DNA from: an uncultured delta proteobacterium | GTDB taxonomy: Bacteria; Desulfobacterota; Desulfobacteria; Desulfobacterales; QNYZ01 | Length of the DNA: 64,000 nucleotides | NCBI GenBank assembly: GCA_963845145.1 | Contig: CAWJQU010000005.1 | Location: forward strand, 1 to 64,000 | Direction: 5' to 3' | Shown: piece after piece, positions 44,488-54,572 of the stretch | Numbering within the stretch: position 1 is the first letter of the stretch | Layout of the letters: the number at the start of each line of letters is the position of its first letter | The notes under the pieces: generated by a model | The model's input: the letters and a program-made list of their open reading frames with translations, nothing else | Database searches by the model: none | What the model was told of the DNA's origin: nothing | Made by a program: the position numbers and the translations under genes

Positions 44488-47275
44488 ATGACACCATCTA
44501 AAACAGTTAAAAAAATTCTGTTTATATCGCTTTGCATTGTGATGAGTCTGGCATTGGGTGCCATGGCGGCATGGTTATACCTTCCGACCTATATCGAACA
44601 CCGCATCCTGCCTCAAATGCTGGAACAAAGCGGTATCATGGATGCCAATTGCCCGGTTCGCAGGGTCGGCTTGTTTGGCGCCGATTTAGGGCCGCTTCGA
44701 ATCGGTAAAAAGAACAATCGGCCAATCACCATTCCTTCCATTCAATTGGACTACTCGCCCTTTGGGTTATACCGCAAACGCATTCGATCCGTCCGATTAG
44801 CAGGGATCGACCTTTTTGGCGCATATGATCATCAGGGATTAAAAATTCATGGTCTTAAGCCGACCCTTTTCAACACCATACAAAAAAATAATCATCCCCC
44901 CGACACGGAAAAACAACCGATAGCGTTACCGATCCATATTGAAAGATTGGCACTGACCCACACCATTTTTCACCTCGCCTGGAATCGGAAGAACCTCCAC
45001 ATCCCGGTATCCGTAGCGATATATTCGTCTAAGGAAAACCCAAAGATTTATAATAGCCGTGTAACAGCACTCATCCTTGGCGAAGAAGTTCAAATCGACG
45101 GGCAAGTCAACCTTGACGGTCCCATTTTATCGCTAAACCTGAATTCAAAGCCTCTGGCCGTCGACCCTATCATCGGCTTTTTAGGTCTCAACGATTGGAT
45201 CTCGGGAAATGCCCTGGTCAGGGTCACCGCTCGATTGAAAGCCTCCCTGGCACCGATAGATATCAACGCGCTAACGGTTGAGGCATTTTTTGAGGATCTA
45301 AATGTATTAGCTGGTACCGTTCGGCTATCATCTTCGCTTCACGACGGCCGGGACCGGGAGCAGCCCCATTTTAAAGCAACACAAATCGACACCAATCGAT
45401 GGCAGGTGGTGTTAAAAAATATCCTGGTAAAAGGTTCGGGCGAACCAAAATTGCAGCTATCAGAGATTCGTGCGAATGTTCAAAGAGAAGCAGCGGGCGA
45501 TATACACGTTGATGGGCAACTATCGGGATCCATACCGGCATTTAAAGAAAACGTGCATGCTCCGATCACATTGCTTGAAAAAAGAGCCCTGAATACCGTG
45601 TTTTCCGGCAATGTGAAACCGGACGGGACATGGCAATTTAAACTAATGGATCAAAAACCCGCTAAACCGCAGTATCCGTTGTCATTGATGACAAACGGGG
45701 TTCAATTCAGCGTTGGCACCCCCACATTCATCATTGATGCCTCAGGCGATAGAACTGATGCGGCCGCTCAATTGACCATCCAAGTGCCAAAAATAGCCGT
45801 TTCAACCGGCGATGCGTCATTGGATTTTAATAAAATCGACGTCACTGGGAATCTTTCCGCCAAACTGGCGCAGAAGCCTTTTCGCCCCCAATTCAAGCTC
45901 AAAATCATTCCCTCCCTAATAAAGGGTCGAATCGCATCCGGTGCGAATCAGAAACCCATGCGCCTGACAATCCCCAAAATAAGTATTTCAGCCACCGGGC
46001 TGGCAAATCCCACGGAGTTTGACGGCACGCTCACCATTTCAGGAATGAAGGCCGCTGCTTCGGAATATGACTTCGACGTTAAAAAAATAGAAGCAAAAAT
46101 ACCCTTTCAGTGGCCGGCGCCGAAACAGGGCCAATCCGGGCGCATAACGCTGGGTTCAACCCGCTACGGATCTTGGAATCTGGGAACTACCTCGGTTCTA
46201 CTGACCCAGAACAGTCGGGGTTATTCTTTCAAAGGAGACCACGCCAATCCTGTTTTACCGAAGTTCGTTGTTCGCTTTAGCGGAGATACCCTGCTGATAC
46301 CACCGGCACAACCAAGTATTATTCTCAATTTGGATGCGGTCCGTTCGCCCGATGCCCCGGACATTGACCTTGGCCGTTTCTCACCAAAAACTCAAGGCAT
46401 CACCGCCAACGGTGACTTTCGAGTAGCGGGTCGACTCCGGGTCTCCGATAATGGCGCCAGTGGTGACGTTTGTGTAATGGTTAACCAGGGACGGGTCCGT
46501 ATTCCGGAAACAGAGACATCCATCGAGGGATTGCAAACAAAACTATGCCTGCCGGAGCTGCCGAAAATACAAAGTGCGCCGCAACAGAAAATCACATTTG
46601 ATGAACTGGTCAGGGGTAAGATGCGTATCCGAAAAGGAATTTTCGATTATCAGGTCGAATCGCCGAAGAGCTTCTTTATTGAACGGGGGAAGTTACAATG
46701 GTGCAGCGGTGTGGTGCGCCTGGGCGCCATGCGTATTCATGCGGATAAAGAAGATTATGACATCCGGCTGGATTGTGATCGCTTGAATCTGGCCGAAAAT
46801 ACTAGGCCAATTCGGTGTCGCAAATGCCGACGGCAGCGGTACGGTGAATGGCACCGTCCCCATTCGGTTCCAAAATGGGAAGCTGACCTTTGATGACGGA
46901 TTTTTATATTCAACGCCGGGGGTCGGCGGTAAAATTCGAATCACCGGAACGAAAAGCCTGACAGCCGGCATCCCCGAAGGAACCGTTCAGTTTAACCAAA
47001 TCGACCTGGCCCGGGAAGCCCTTGAGGATTATGATTATAAATGGGCAAAACTAGGGCTTGAAACACTGAATAACGAATTGGTCATGCGGTTGCAATTTGA
47101 TGGTAAACCGGCTAAAATGTTACCATTTGAATATAAAAAGGAATTTGGCGGGTTTATGCGCGTCGACGCCGATGGGAGAGGGTCGAATTTTCAAGGAATT
47201 TCACTGGACGTGAATTTCCGCATCCCATTGGATGATTTGATGCAGTACAAGGATGTTTTACAGCACTTGGAGTAA
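44488..47275 (+). CDS. ydbH: YdbH-like AsmA-family lipid bridge protein, +1 frameshift at AAAA 46796-46799
   Basis: N-terminal TM and long beta-rich body. Removing one A gives LNLAEILGQFGVANADGSGTVNGTVPI...LAREALEDYDY. Followed by ynbE- and ydbL-like genes. Confidence 0.75.
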
Positions 47276-47300
47276 CACATCCTTAAAAAAGGAGAGCCCC

Positions 47301-47507
47301 ATGTTTCGAAATATAATTATCCTGCTTTCAGCGATTCTACTATTGATGGCGGTGTCCTGCACACAACACAAGATCGAGTCTACACACAAAGTGGAAGTGG
47401 CACCCGTGGAAATTAAACCCATTCACATCACCATCGACGTGAACATTAAAGTCGATAAAGATCTGGACGATTTCTTCAGTGATATCGACGAAGCCACCGA
47501 GTATTAA
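47301..47507 (+). CDS. ynbE: YnbE-like lipoprotein
   Basis: Lipobox AVSC; KPIHITIDVNIKVDKDLDDFF; AAGGAG RBS. Confidence 0.8.
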   Translation: MFRNIIILLSAILLLMAVSCTQHKIESTHKVEVAPVEIKPIHITIDVNIKVDKDLDDFFSDIDEATEY

Positions 47508-47542
47508 ATGATTATGCAATTAATGGATATCAGGAGAATACA

Positions 47543-47917
47543 ATGAAACACATATCTAAGCATGGCGTTACGGTATTGGCCCTTATCGTACTGGTTTCTT
47601 TTTCGGCCATAAGTTATGCCGGAGCGGGTATCAAGGAACGGATGAAATCCCGAATCCCGGCCATAATGAATTTGAAAGCCAAGGGTATCATCGGTGAGAA
47701 CAACCTCGGTTACCTGGAGTTTGTGGGGGCTGCCAAAGAACAGGCGGGCCTGGTTGCAGCGGAGAATGCGGACCGCAAGCAAGTGTATACCGCCATCGCC
47801 CAAAAAAATAAAACGACGGTTCAGAATGTGGGAACGCGTCGTGCACTGAAGATTGCCGAAAAGGCGATGCCCGGACATTGGGTTAAGGGTGCCGATGGTA
47901 AGTGGCGCAAGAAATAA
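47543..47917 (+). CDS. ydbL: YdbL/DUF1318 protein
   Basis: Signal peptide; K.KGIIGENNLGYL, ENADRKQVY.AIA, G.W....G.W.KK. Confidence 0.85.
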   Translation: MKHISKHGVTVLALIVLVSFSAISYAGAGIKERMKSRIPAIMNLKAKGIIGENNLGYLEFVGAAKEQAGLVAAENADRKQVYTAIAQKNKTTVQNVGTRRALKIAEKAMPGHWVKGADGKWRKK

Positions 47918-47975
47918 CAACCATCATCCCACTGGAAGTAACCTTTACAATTGATTAGCGAGGAGGGTCTTGATC

Positions 47976-48368
47976 ATGGGATCTAAAAAATCGGGAAGCG
48001 TAAAATTAAAGACCAAAAAAGGGCATAACTGGTTTTTTATCATGTGCACCTGGGAGCATGAACACGATCGTATCGCTATGGACAAATGGGTGGAGGTGTT
48101 CAACTTTTTTACGCGCAACACCGAGGATGAAAAGAAAAAAGCGTGTTATGATGCGCTGCGTGACCAAATTGCCGACGAGGGGCTGACCGCGCTTAATTTG
48201 ATCGGTAAGCGTCGATTTATTATCTCCGGTCAAACAAAATCCAACCAGGTGTTGCAGGAAATAAGCTCCATGATCACGTTGGGGACACCCATCAAAGTGG
48301 ATATCAGCGCCGCCACCAATGTATTTGAATTCGGTGATATCAATAAAGAGCGGCTTTATAAATCCTAA
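47976..48368 (+). CDS. Hypothetical protein (possible GYD-like alpha/beta fold)
   Basis: AGGAGG RBS, open frame filling the gap, globular composition. The family resemblance is weak. Confidence 0.55.
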   Translation: MGSKKSGSVKLKTKKGHNWFFIMCTWEHEHDRIAMDKWVEVFNFFTRNTEDEKKKACYDALRDQIADEGLTALNLIGKRRFIISGQTKSNQVLQEISSMITLGTPIKVDISAATNVFEFGDINKERLYKS

Positions 48369-48391
48369 TTAGGCAATATCGTGCCATCCGA

Positions 48392-49468
48392 TCACGCATA
48401 CGCCTTACGCTGAAATAGCTGCAGCATAAGGGCCAGGTCGCCCTCTACTTGGTACTTGTGTTGCATCAACATCTCGCGTCCATCGGCCTTGCCCGTCATG
48501 ATGTCCACCCATAGGGCAAACGGCGTATCGATTAAAACGTCGTATGTATCGCTTAGACCGACCGCTGCATCTACGCCACCCTTTTCAAGGGTGAAGAAGC
48601 ATGCCCCCGAAATCTTTCCTGAAAACTTAAACTGCAAAATGACCGATTTCCCATCGCCGGCCACGAGGGGATCGAGGCGATGGCTCAAAACAGCCATAAA
48701 CGCTTCCAGTGAGTCGGGACGCGGCATCATGCCCTCATCAAAGAATTCCTGGAGTCCGATCTTTGCGTCGATACAGGTTTTCCACGTCAGATTGCCGATA
48801 ATGGCCAGGCTCTCCTTGTCCATCAGGGGTTGTTGAATGCGGTTTTGGGTCTCCGGCAATATTTCCCCCAGCTGAATCAACTCCTTACCGGCCTGAATGG
48901 TGGCGGCCAATATATCTTTGCGTTTCTCTTTAAGCGCGGGGTGTTTCAAGGCTTCCGATGAGGTACGATAGATTTCGGCCATGATGGGCGTTTCGGGATG
49001 ACATGTGGTTTTTAAAAAAGTTGAAAAGGCGTCAAATTCGGACTGTTCCGGAAATCCGCAAGCGGACACCCATACCACAGGTGCCATTTTTTGCCGCATC
49101 AAAAAGAGGTCCCTGCCCTTGTTTTTTTCCGAAAAAGGCTGTGAGAGCGGCAACATACGCTCCCTGAAAATGCTCATACCGGCGTTCATGGTGTGATAAT
49201 AAAGCGGGGTGGCATACACCACGAGATCCGATACCGCCAAAGTGGGCAACAGGTCCCGGGTCATATCGTCCACCTGAAGACACTGACCCGGCGTTTTAGT
49301 CCAGCATGAGAAGCAGCCCAGGCAGGGCCGGATATTTTTTTCGCTCAACAAAACGATATCAACCTCGGCCCCGGCGTCTCGCATCCCCTCGACGAGATGC
49401 GTAAGCAGTTGTTTGGTCGTGCTGTGCGTGCTGTTTCGAGGGCTGGAGTTGACGGCAAAAACCTTCAT
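48392..49468 (-). CDS. Iron-sulfur flavoprotein/flavodoxin-fold domain fused to SCP2 lipid-binding domain
   Basis: NSSPR, CLGCFSCWTKTPGQC, ATPLY; C-terminal LQFKFSG...WVDIMTGKADG...YQVEGDL. Confidence 0.8.
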   Translation of the reverse strand: MKVFAVNSSPRNSTHSTTKQLLTHLVEGMRDAGAEVDIVLLSEKNIRPCLGCFSCWTKTPGQCLQVDDMTRDLLPTLAVSDLVVYATPLYYHTMNAGMSIFRERMLPLSQPFSEKNKGRDLFLMRQKMAPVVWVSACGFPEQSEFDAFSTFLKTTCHPETPIMAEIYRTSSEALKHPALKEKRKDILAATIQAGKELIQLGEILPETQNRIQQPLMDKESLAIIGNLTWKTCIDAKIGLQEFFDEGMMPRPDSLEAFMAVLSHRLDPLVAGDGKSVILQFKFSGKISGACFFTLEKGGVDAAVGLSDTYDVLIDTPFALWVDIMTGKADGREMLMQHKYQVEGDLALMLQLFQRKAYA

Positions 49469-49500
49469 TCAAATTCCTCCCATGACCATGTGAGGCTGTT

Positions 49501-52500
49501 TCAACGGGGACGATGTTCGCCGTTCTTCAAGGCCGCACCGGTTTTGGCAATCCAGTGAGTTAGATTCATCTCCACAAACATGGCTTTAGCCCGTTTGATA
49601 TAATCCACGCCGCGGGTGTTTTTTCCGGTATGGCCATAGACCTCTCCCAAATGAAAATATCCCTGGGCCAGGGCCGGCCGTAACCCCATTTTTTTAAATA
49701 TATCGCACCCTTCGCGAATCATTTTCTCTCCCTCGTCAAAACGGCCTTTATGGTGGCCCCCTAATATTTTACCGGTCCAGATCTTCGCCATCCCTTCATA
49801 TCTCTTTTCATTATTGCTTTGCGACAGTGTCAGCGCTTTTTCAGAACATCTGAGCGCCTCGTCGAACGCCCCCTGATCAAAGTAAATCATGGTTAGAACG
49901 CAATAATGCAGGGACATCATGGCTTCAATATCGGTATCTTTTTGTATTTTTAAGCCTTTGGTCACCGATGCCTGGGCCTGGTTCAAATCCCCCAGCAAAT
50001 AGTGCGCATTCCCCAACATGGTCCATGCCTGGCATAAAATCGTCGGCCACTTAATGGCTTCGGAGTGGCGAATACTGTTTTGGCAATGCGCAATGGCGCG
50101 CTCCCCGTCGCACATTAAAATCATTAGATTGGCGTATTGTAGTTCCATAAAAGCCAGGGTCATCAGGTGATCCGAATCAACAGCACAATCAAGCCCCCTG
50201 TCGCTAACCTGCCGCCCCTTGTGAAAATCGCCTTTCATGCCCATGGCTGTTCCGCACAATCCCGCAAGAAAAGCGTACAGAACGAAAGGGGTATTGAAAA
50301 GATCCGATTGCCGTTGGTCTTTTTCGATGAGGCGGATGACGGCCAAGGACGTATCAATCAAGGGATCATAACGGCCGGAGGTAACATACGCGTAACAAAG
50401 TGACAGGGACAACGGGGCCATGATATCAATATCATCAATCTTCCGGGCTTGTTGAAAACTTTTCTCGCCATGGGCAATGGACTTGGATGAATCCCCCCGG
50501 GCAGTATACAAAAGCGATAAATCATTATGGTAGCGGGAAAGCGCTTTTCGGTCATCTATAGTTTCGGCAAGAAGGGCGCCTTTATTGAGTATTCCGAGCG
50601 AGCCTTTGGGAAACCCCAACATGGCAAGAGGGCGCCGCATCATATTGTAAAGGCCCAGTTCCTCGACCGTGTCATGGCTGGTATCAGGCAGATTGTCAAA
50701 TATGTTTAAGGCCTTTTGCAAAAAATCAAAGGCTTCCACATGGGAGAAATTGGATTCGGCTTTTTGGCTCGAACGTTTCAAATATTCATAGGCATTGGGG
50801 TAATCTTCACCCAATAGAAAATGATGCGCTAAAAATTCATGAATTTGATCGAGATTGTCGGAATAGATGGCTTTCATGACCAAGCCGATTTGCGCATGTA
50901 GGGCGATTCGTTTTTTTCTCAACAGGCTGCTATAGACTGCTTCCTGAATAAGGATATGTTTGAAAGTGTACACCAATTCAGAGGTTGTCTCTTTCTGAAC
51001 GATAAACTCAAGACGTACAAGATCATCAAGATAAGATGCCAAATCATCTCTTTCACCGGTTATGGCCTGCAAAATCCGAAACTGAAAATTCTCACCCATC
51101 ACACTGGCGATCTGAATGATACGTTTAAGGGTGGCGTCCAGTCGGTCAACACGCGCCATCACGATACCATGAAGGGTATCCGGTATTTTGTAACGATTGA
51201 ATCTTCGCGCCAGCCTGAACTCATTGTCCGTCTTTTCGATGTAATGATTTTCCAGCAGAGAGTAGATAAATTCTTCGATAAACAGGGGATTTCCGGCTGA
51301 TTGCTGCAATGTAACCTGTTCAAGTTCAACCGCCACGGCCGCATCTTCGAGAATCGCTGAGATAAGTTCGGCACTGGATTCTTTCGTCAGCTGATCTAAA
51401 CCGACCTGATTGAAATTCGATTTATCTTTCCATCGAGGGGAATATTCCGGTCGGTAAAGGAGGCACAGTAAAATTCGATGACCTGTCATGGCATCGATAA
51501 AAAAATCGAGGAAAGCCTCCGATGTCTTGTCCATCCACTGCAAGTCATCGACCACCATCACGAGCTGTTTTTCTTTACTCAGGATAATAAAGAGATCACC
51601 AATCGCTTTAAAAATAAGTTGCCTTCTCTCTTTAGGTTCCAGGTTGCGCCAAACCTCATCAACGCCTTCCAAGGATAGCAATTGCATGAAAGCCGAAAGA
51701 CGCATTGCCGACTGTTTGCCGTCTATGAGATCAATTGTTTTCTTAATTTTAGCGACCTTGTCGACATCGCGGTCTCCCTCCTCGATAGCTAAATACCGTT
51801 TTATCATTTCCAAAAAGGGCAGGTACGCGATTGATTGCCCATGTGACAAGCATCGCCCCTCAAGAAAATGGGTATCATGGCTGCCTATGGATCGTTTCAG
51901 CTCTAACAATATCCTTGATTTTCCAACGCCGGGCTCGCCAATGATTCCTAAAATACGGCTCTTTCCCTGGGTGGCACGACGATAATTGTGTTTCAGGGTC
52001 GCCATGCAGGTTTCACGATTGACAAATCGCTCAATGCCTTTGGCAATGGATTCCTCGATTCTCGACTTTACCCGGGTCGATCCGATTAATTCATAGGCTT
52101 TTTGCGGTTTTTCAAAACCTTTTAAAGCGACCGATCCTAATGGATTTAGCTTAAAATAGGCCTTCACCAGACGATATGTATTTTCGGACAATAACGCATG
52201 TCCCGGCTTTGCCTCGGATTCCAAGCGGTTCGCCAATATGGTCGTATTTCCGACGGCCGTATAATCCATTCGAAGATCGTTGCCGATGGCCCCCACCATT
52301 ACGAGCCCGGAATTGATCCCAAACCGCATATCGAAAGCCACCCCGTATTCCGTGCTTAATTTCTCACGATATGGGGCCATATCTCTTTGAATCGAAAGAA
52401 CGGAATAGCAGGCACGCTGGGCATGATTCTCATGGGCAATGGGCGCCCCAAAAAGAGCCATTACGCCATCACCGGTGAATTGGTTGATGGTCCCCTCATA

Positions 52501-52884
52501 ACTGTGTATGCGGTCCATGAGAATTTTAAAGCAACCATCCATGGCTGTGTGGACCTCTTCCGGGTCCAGCTTCTCGGTAATCGCACTAAAGTTGACCACG
52601 TCGGCAAATAAAACGGTCACGATCTTACGTTCGCCTTCGATAGCGCTTCGAGTGGTGAGAATTTTATCAATGAGGTGTTCCGGTGTATAGGATTTGGGTT
52701 GAGCGGTATCAATTTGTAAAAGCGATTGAAGCGGTCTCAAGTTGCAACCGCATTCATCGCAGAAACGGTTTTTGGGTTCATACCGGTGCCCACAAGATGG
52801 ACATTTGTTCTCGGTTTTGCTTCCACACGCTTTGCAGAACTTCGCACCTTCACGATTTTCCGCCTGACACGCAGGGCATTTCAT
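49501..52884 (-). CDS. Double zinc ribbon + class III nucleotide cyclase + STAND ATPase + TPR protein
   Basis: Four CxxC; VTVLFAD, QFTGDGVMALFGAP, GINSG; GEPGVGKS, VVDDLQW, GNPLF; helical repeats. GGAG RBS before ATG 52884. Confidence 0.9.
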   Translation of the reverse strand: MKCPACQAENREGAKFCKACGSKTENKCPSCGHRYEPKNRFCDECGCNLRPLQSLLQIDTAQPKSYTPEHLIDKILTTRSAIEGERKIVTVLFADVVNFSAITEKLDPEEVHTAMDGCFKILMDRIHSYEGTINQFTGDGVMALFGAPIAHENHAQRACYSVLSIQRDMAPYREKLSTEYGVAFDMRFGINSGLVMVGAIGNDLRMDYTAVGNTTILANRLESEAKPGHALLSENTYRLVKAYFKLNPLGSVALKGFEKPQKAYELIGSTRVKSRIEESIAKGIERFVNRETCMATLKHNYRRATQGKSRILGIIGEPGVGKSRILLELKRSIGSHDTHFLEGRCLSHGQSIAYLPFLEMIKRYLAIEEGDRDVDKVAKIKKTIDLIDGKQSAMRLSAFMQLLSLEGVDEVWRNLEPKERRQLIFKAIGDLFIILSKEKQLVMVVDDLQWMDKTSEAFLDFFIDAMTGHRILLCLLYRPEYSPRWKDKSNFNQVGLDQLTKESSAELISAILEDAAVAVELEQVTLQQSAGNPLFIEEFIYSLLENHYIEKTDNEFRLARRFNRYKIPDTLHGIVMARVDRLDATLKRIIQIASVMGENFQFRILQAITGERDDLASYLDDLVRLEFIVQKETTSELVYTFKHILIQEAVYSSLLRKKRIALHAQIGLVMKAIYSDNLDQIHEFLAHHFLLGEDYPNAYEYLKRSSQKAESNFSHVEAFDFLQKALNIFDNLPDTSHDTVEELGLYNMMRRPLAMLGFPKGSLGILNKGALLAETIDDRKALSRYHNDLSLLYTARGDSSKSIAHGEKSFQQARKIDDIDIMAPLSLSLCYAYVTSGRYDPLIDTSLAVIRLIEKDQRQSDLFNTPFVLYAFLAGLCGTAMGMKGDFHKGRQVSDRGLDCAVDSDHLMTLAFMELQYANLMILMCDGERAIAHCQNSIRHSEAIKWPTILCQAWTMLGNAHYLLGDLNQAQASVTKGLKIQKDTDIEAMMSLHYCVLTMIYFDQGAFDEALRCSEKALTLSQSNNEKRYEGMAKIWTGKILGGHHKGRFDEGEKMIREGCDIFKKMGLRPALAQGYFHLGEVYGHTGKNTRGVDYIKRAKAMFVEMNLTHWIAKTGAALKNGEHRPR

Positions 52885-52894
52885 GACTCGCTCC

Positions 52895-53710
52895 CTAATC
52901 ATTGATATCAATTATCTTTAGAGCATGGGCAATTTCCTCGGCGGCGTTGCTCTTGACCCACTGGTTACTATAATTCAGGCAGTTGCAGATAAATTCGGTA
53001 TGGTTGATTCGGGTCTCTTTGCGGTAGTGAACGTGTCCGCAAATAACGTAGCGGACATCGTATTTTAAGGCCAGATCACCATACTGGGGGCTTCCAAGAA
53101 AGCCATTCAAATAGGACCAGGTACGATCGGGATTTTGCACGGTGAAACATTCAAGGGGTATGACATGGACCACAAGAATGATATTCCGGCCCCGGTGCGC
53201 CTGGAGCTGCGTTTCCAGCTTATCGTAAAAATAGTGGTGCATCGCTTGGGTCGGCCGATCCCAGATCGCCATGACTTTGTCCTGCCAGAGACGATCGTCG
53301 ATCTTCATTCGATCAAATGCCTCGGTAGAAAATTCAGGGCTGCCGAATGAATAATCGTACCAGCCCAAATCCCCGATGGCCACCCAATGACGATTGAGGT
53401 GATGTGGGCCGTTGGCCAGGTTACCGCGAAAGTGTTTAAGCTTCGCATAGTTTTCCCAGGCCGTTGTCGCGGGGTGGTTTTCATTCCAGACGTCGTGATT
53501 GCCGGGTACAAACAGACACTCTACACCCGTTTCGTCTTCAATGTCATGCAAGCTGGAAAGGGTCACCTCGTAATCGCTGGCCATATCGCCGGCAATGATC
53601 ATCTTGTCAAGCCGACGTTTCTTCATAGCAGCTTTAAGACCTTGGATAACCGGGCTGCCCGCCTCACGATTAATATCGACATGGATGTCGGATAATATTC
53701 CGATTTTCAT
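52895..53710 (-). CDS. Calcineurin-like metallophosphoesterase
   Basis: SDIH, AGD, GNHD, GWYDYSF, HVIP, GHVH. Confidence 0.9.
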   Translation of the reverse strand: MKIGILSDIHVDINREAGSPVIQGLKAAMKKRRLDKMIIAGDMASDYEVTLSSLHDIEDETGVECLFVPGNHDVWNENHPATTAWENYAKLKHFRGNLANGPHHLNRHWVAIGDLGWYDYSFGSPEFSTEAFDRMKIDDRLWQDKVMAIWDRPTQAMHHYFYDKLETQLQAHRGRNIILVVHVIPLECFTVQNPDRTWSYLNGFLGSPQYGDLALKYDVRYVICGHVHYRKETRINHTEFICNCLNYSNQWVKSNAAEEIAHALKIIDIND

Positions 53711-53753
53711 ATTTAGGCGTTCATTTTTAAATAAGGGCTAATGCGCCCCAATG

Positions 53754-54566
53754 TCAAATCTTCGGATTGAGTTTTTCAGAGAGCACATCTCCCATGATAT
53801 TAAAACAGAAAACCGTCAGGGCCAGGGCCAGTCCGGGATAAATGGCCATCCACGGTGCCAGCACAAGGTAGTTGCGGGCATCTTTCAACATTAGCCCCCA
53901 ACTGGGCGTGGGGGGTTGGGTGCCGAGGCCCAGAAAGGAAAGTGACGCTTCAATGACCACCGTCAGGGCAAACGTGATCGAGCATTGTACCACCAACTTT
54001 CCCAAGAGGTTGGGGATAATGTGTTTGACAACAATTTTAAAAATGGGGCTGCCCAAAGAGCGGGAGGCTTCCACATACCCCTCAGTTTTAATCACCAGGG
54101 TTTCGGCACGCACCAGGCGCGCAAAGACCGGGCTGAAAATAACCCCGATAGCAATCATGACCTGCAACAGACCATATCCAAGAAATGAAACGACGGTGAT
54201 GGCCAGTAGTATCGTCGGAAACGAGAGCAAGCTGTCCATCAAAAGCATTAGGACATTATCCGTCATTTTTCCGGATAGTGCTGCGACCAGCCCTACCAGC
54301 GATCCCAGAATAGCGGCAATGGCAACGGCAACAATACCCACGATCAACGCCGAGCGGGACCCGTATATGACCCGACTGATTACATCCCGCCCGAGATTAT
54401 CAGTGCCCAGCAGATGGGACGCAGACGGGGGTGAAAACCGTTCGCCCAGGTTCTGCGCGATGGGACTATAGGGTGCTATTTTAGGCGCCGCCATGGCGGC
54501 CGCGCCTAAAACAACCAGGAATAACATCGACAGATAAAATAGTATCTTCGAAGTGTTCATCTGCAT
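53754..54566 (-). CDS. Dpp/Opp ABC permease (DppC-like)
   Basis: HLLGTDNLGRD, YVEASRSLG, LSFLGLG, PSWG. Confidence 0.92.
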   Translation of the reverse strand: MQMNTSKILFYLSMLFLVVLGAAAMAAPKIAPYSPIAQNLGERFSPPSASHLLGTDNLGRDVISRVIYGSRSALIVGIVAVAIAAILGSLVGLVAALSGKMTDNVLMLLMDSLLSFPTILLAITVVSFLGYGLLQVMIAIGVIFSPVFARLVRAETLVIKTEGYVEASRSLGSPIFKIVVKHIIPNLLGKLVVQCSITFALTVVIEASLSFLGLGTQPPTPSWGLMLKDARNYLVLAPWMAIYPGLALALTVFCFNIMGDVLSEKLNPKI

Positions 54567-54572
54567 TGCCTA

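Noticed and set aside
49501..52884. Calling the cyclase-STAND protein an anti-phage (Pycsar or Avs) system
   Set aside because: No cNMP-binding effector or other defence genes nearby, and this architecture is a common signalling family.
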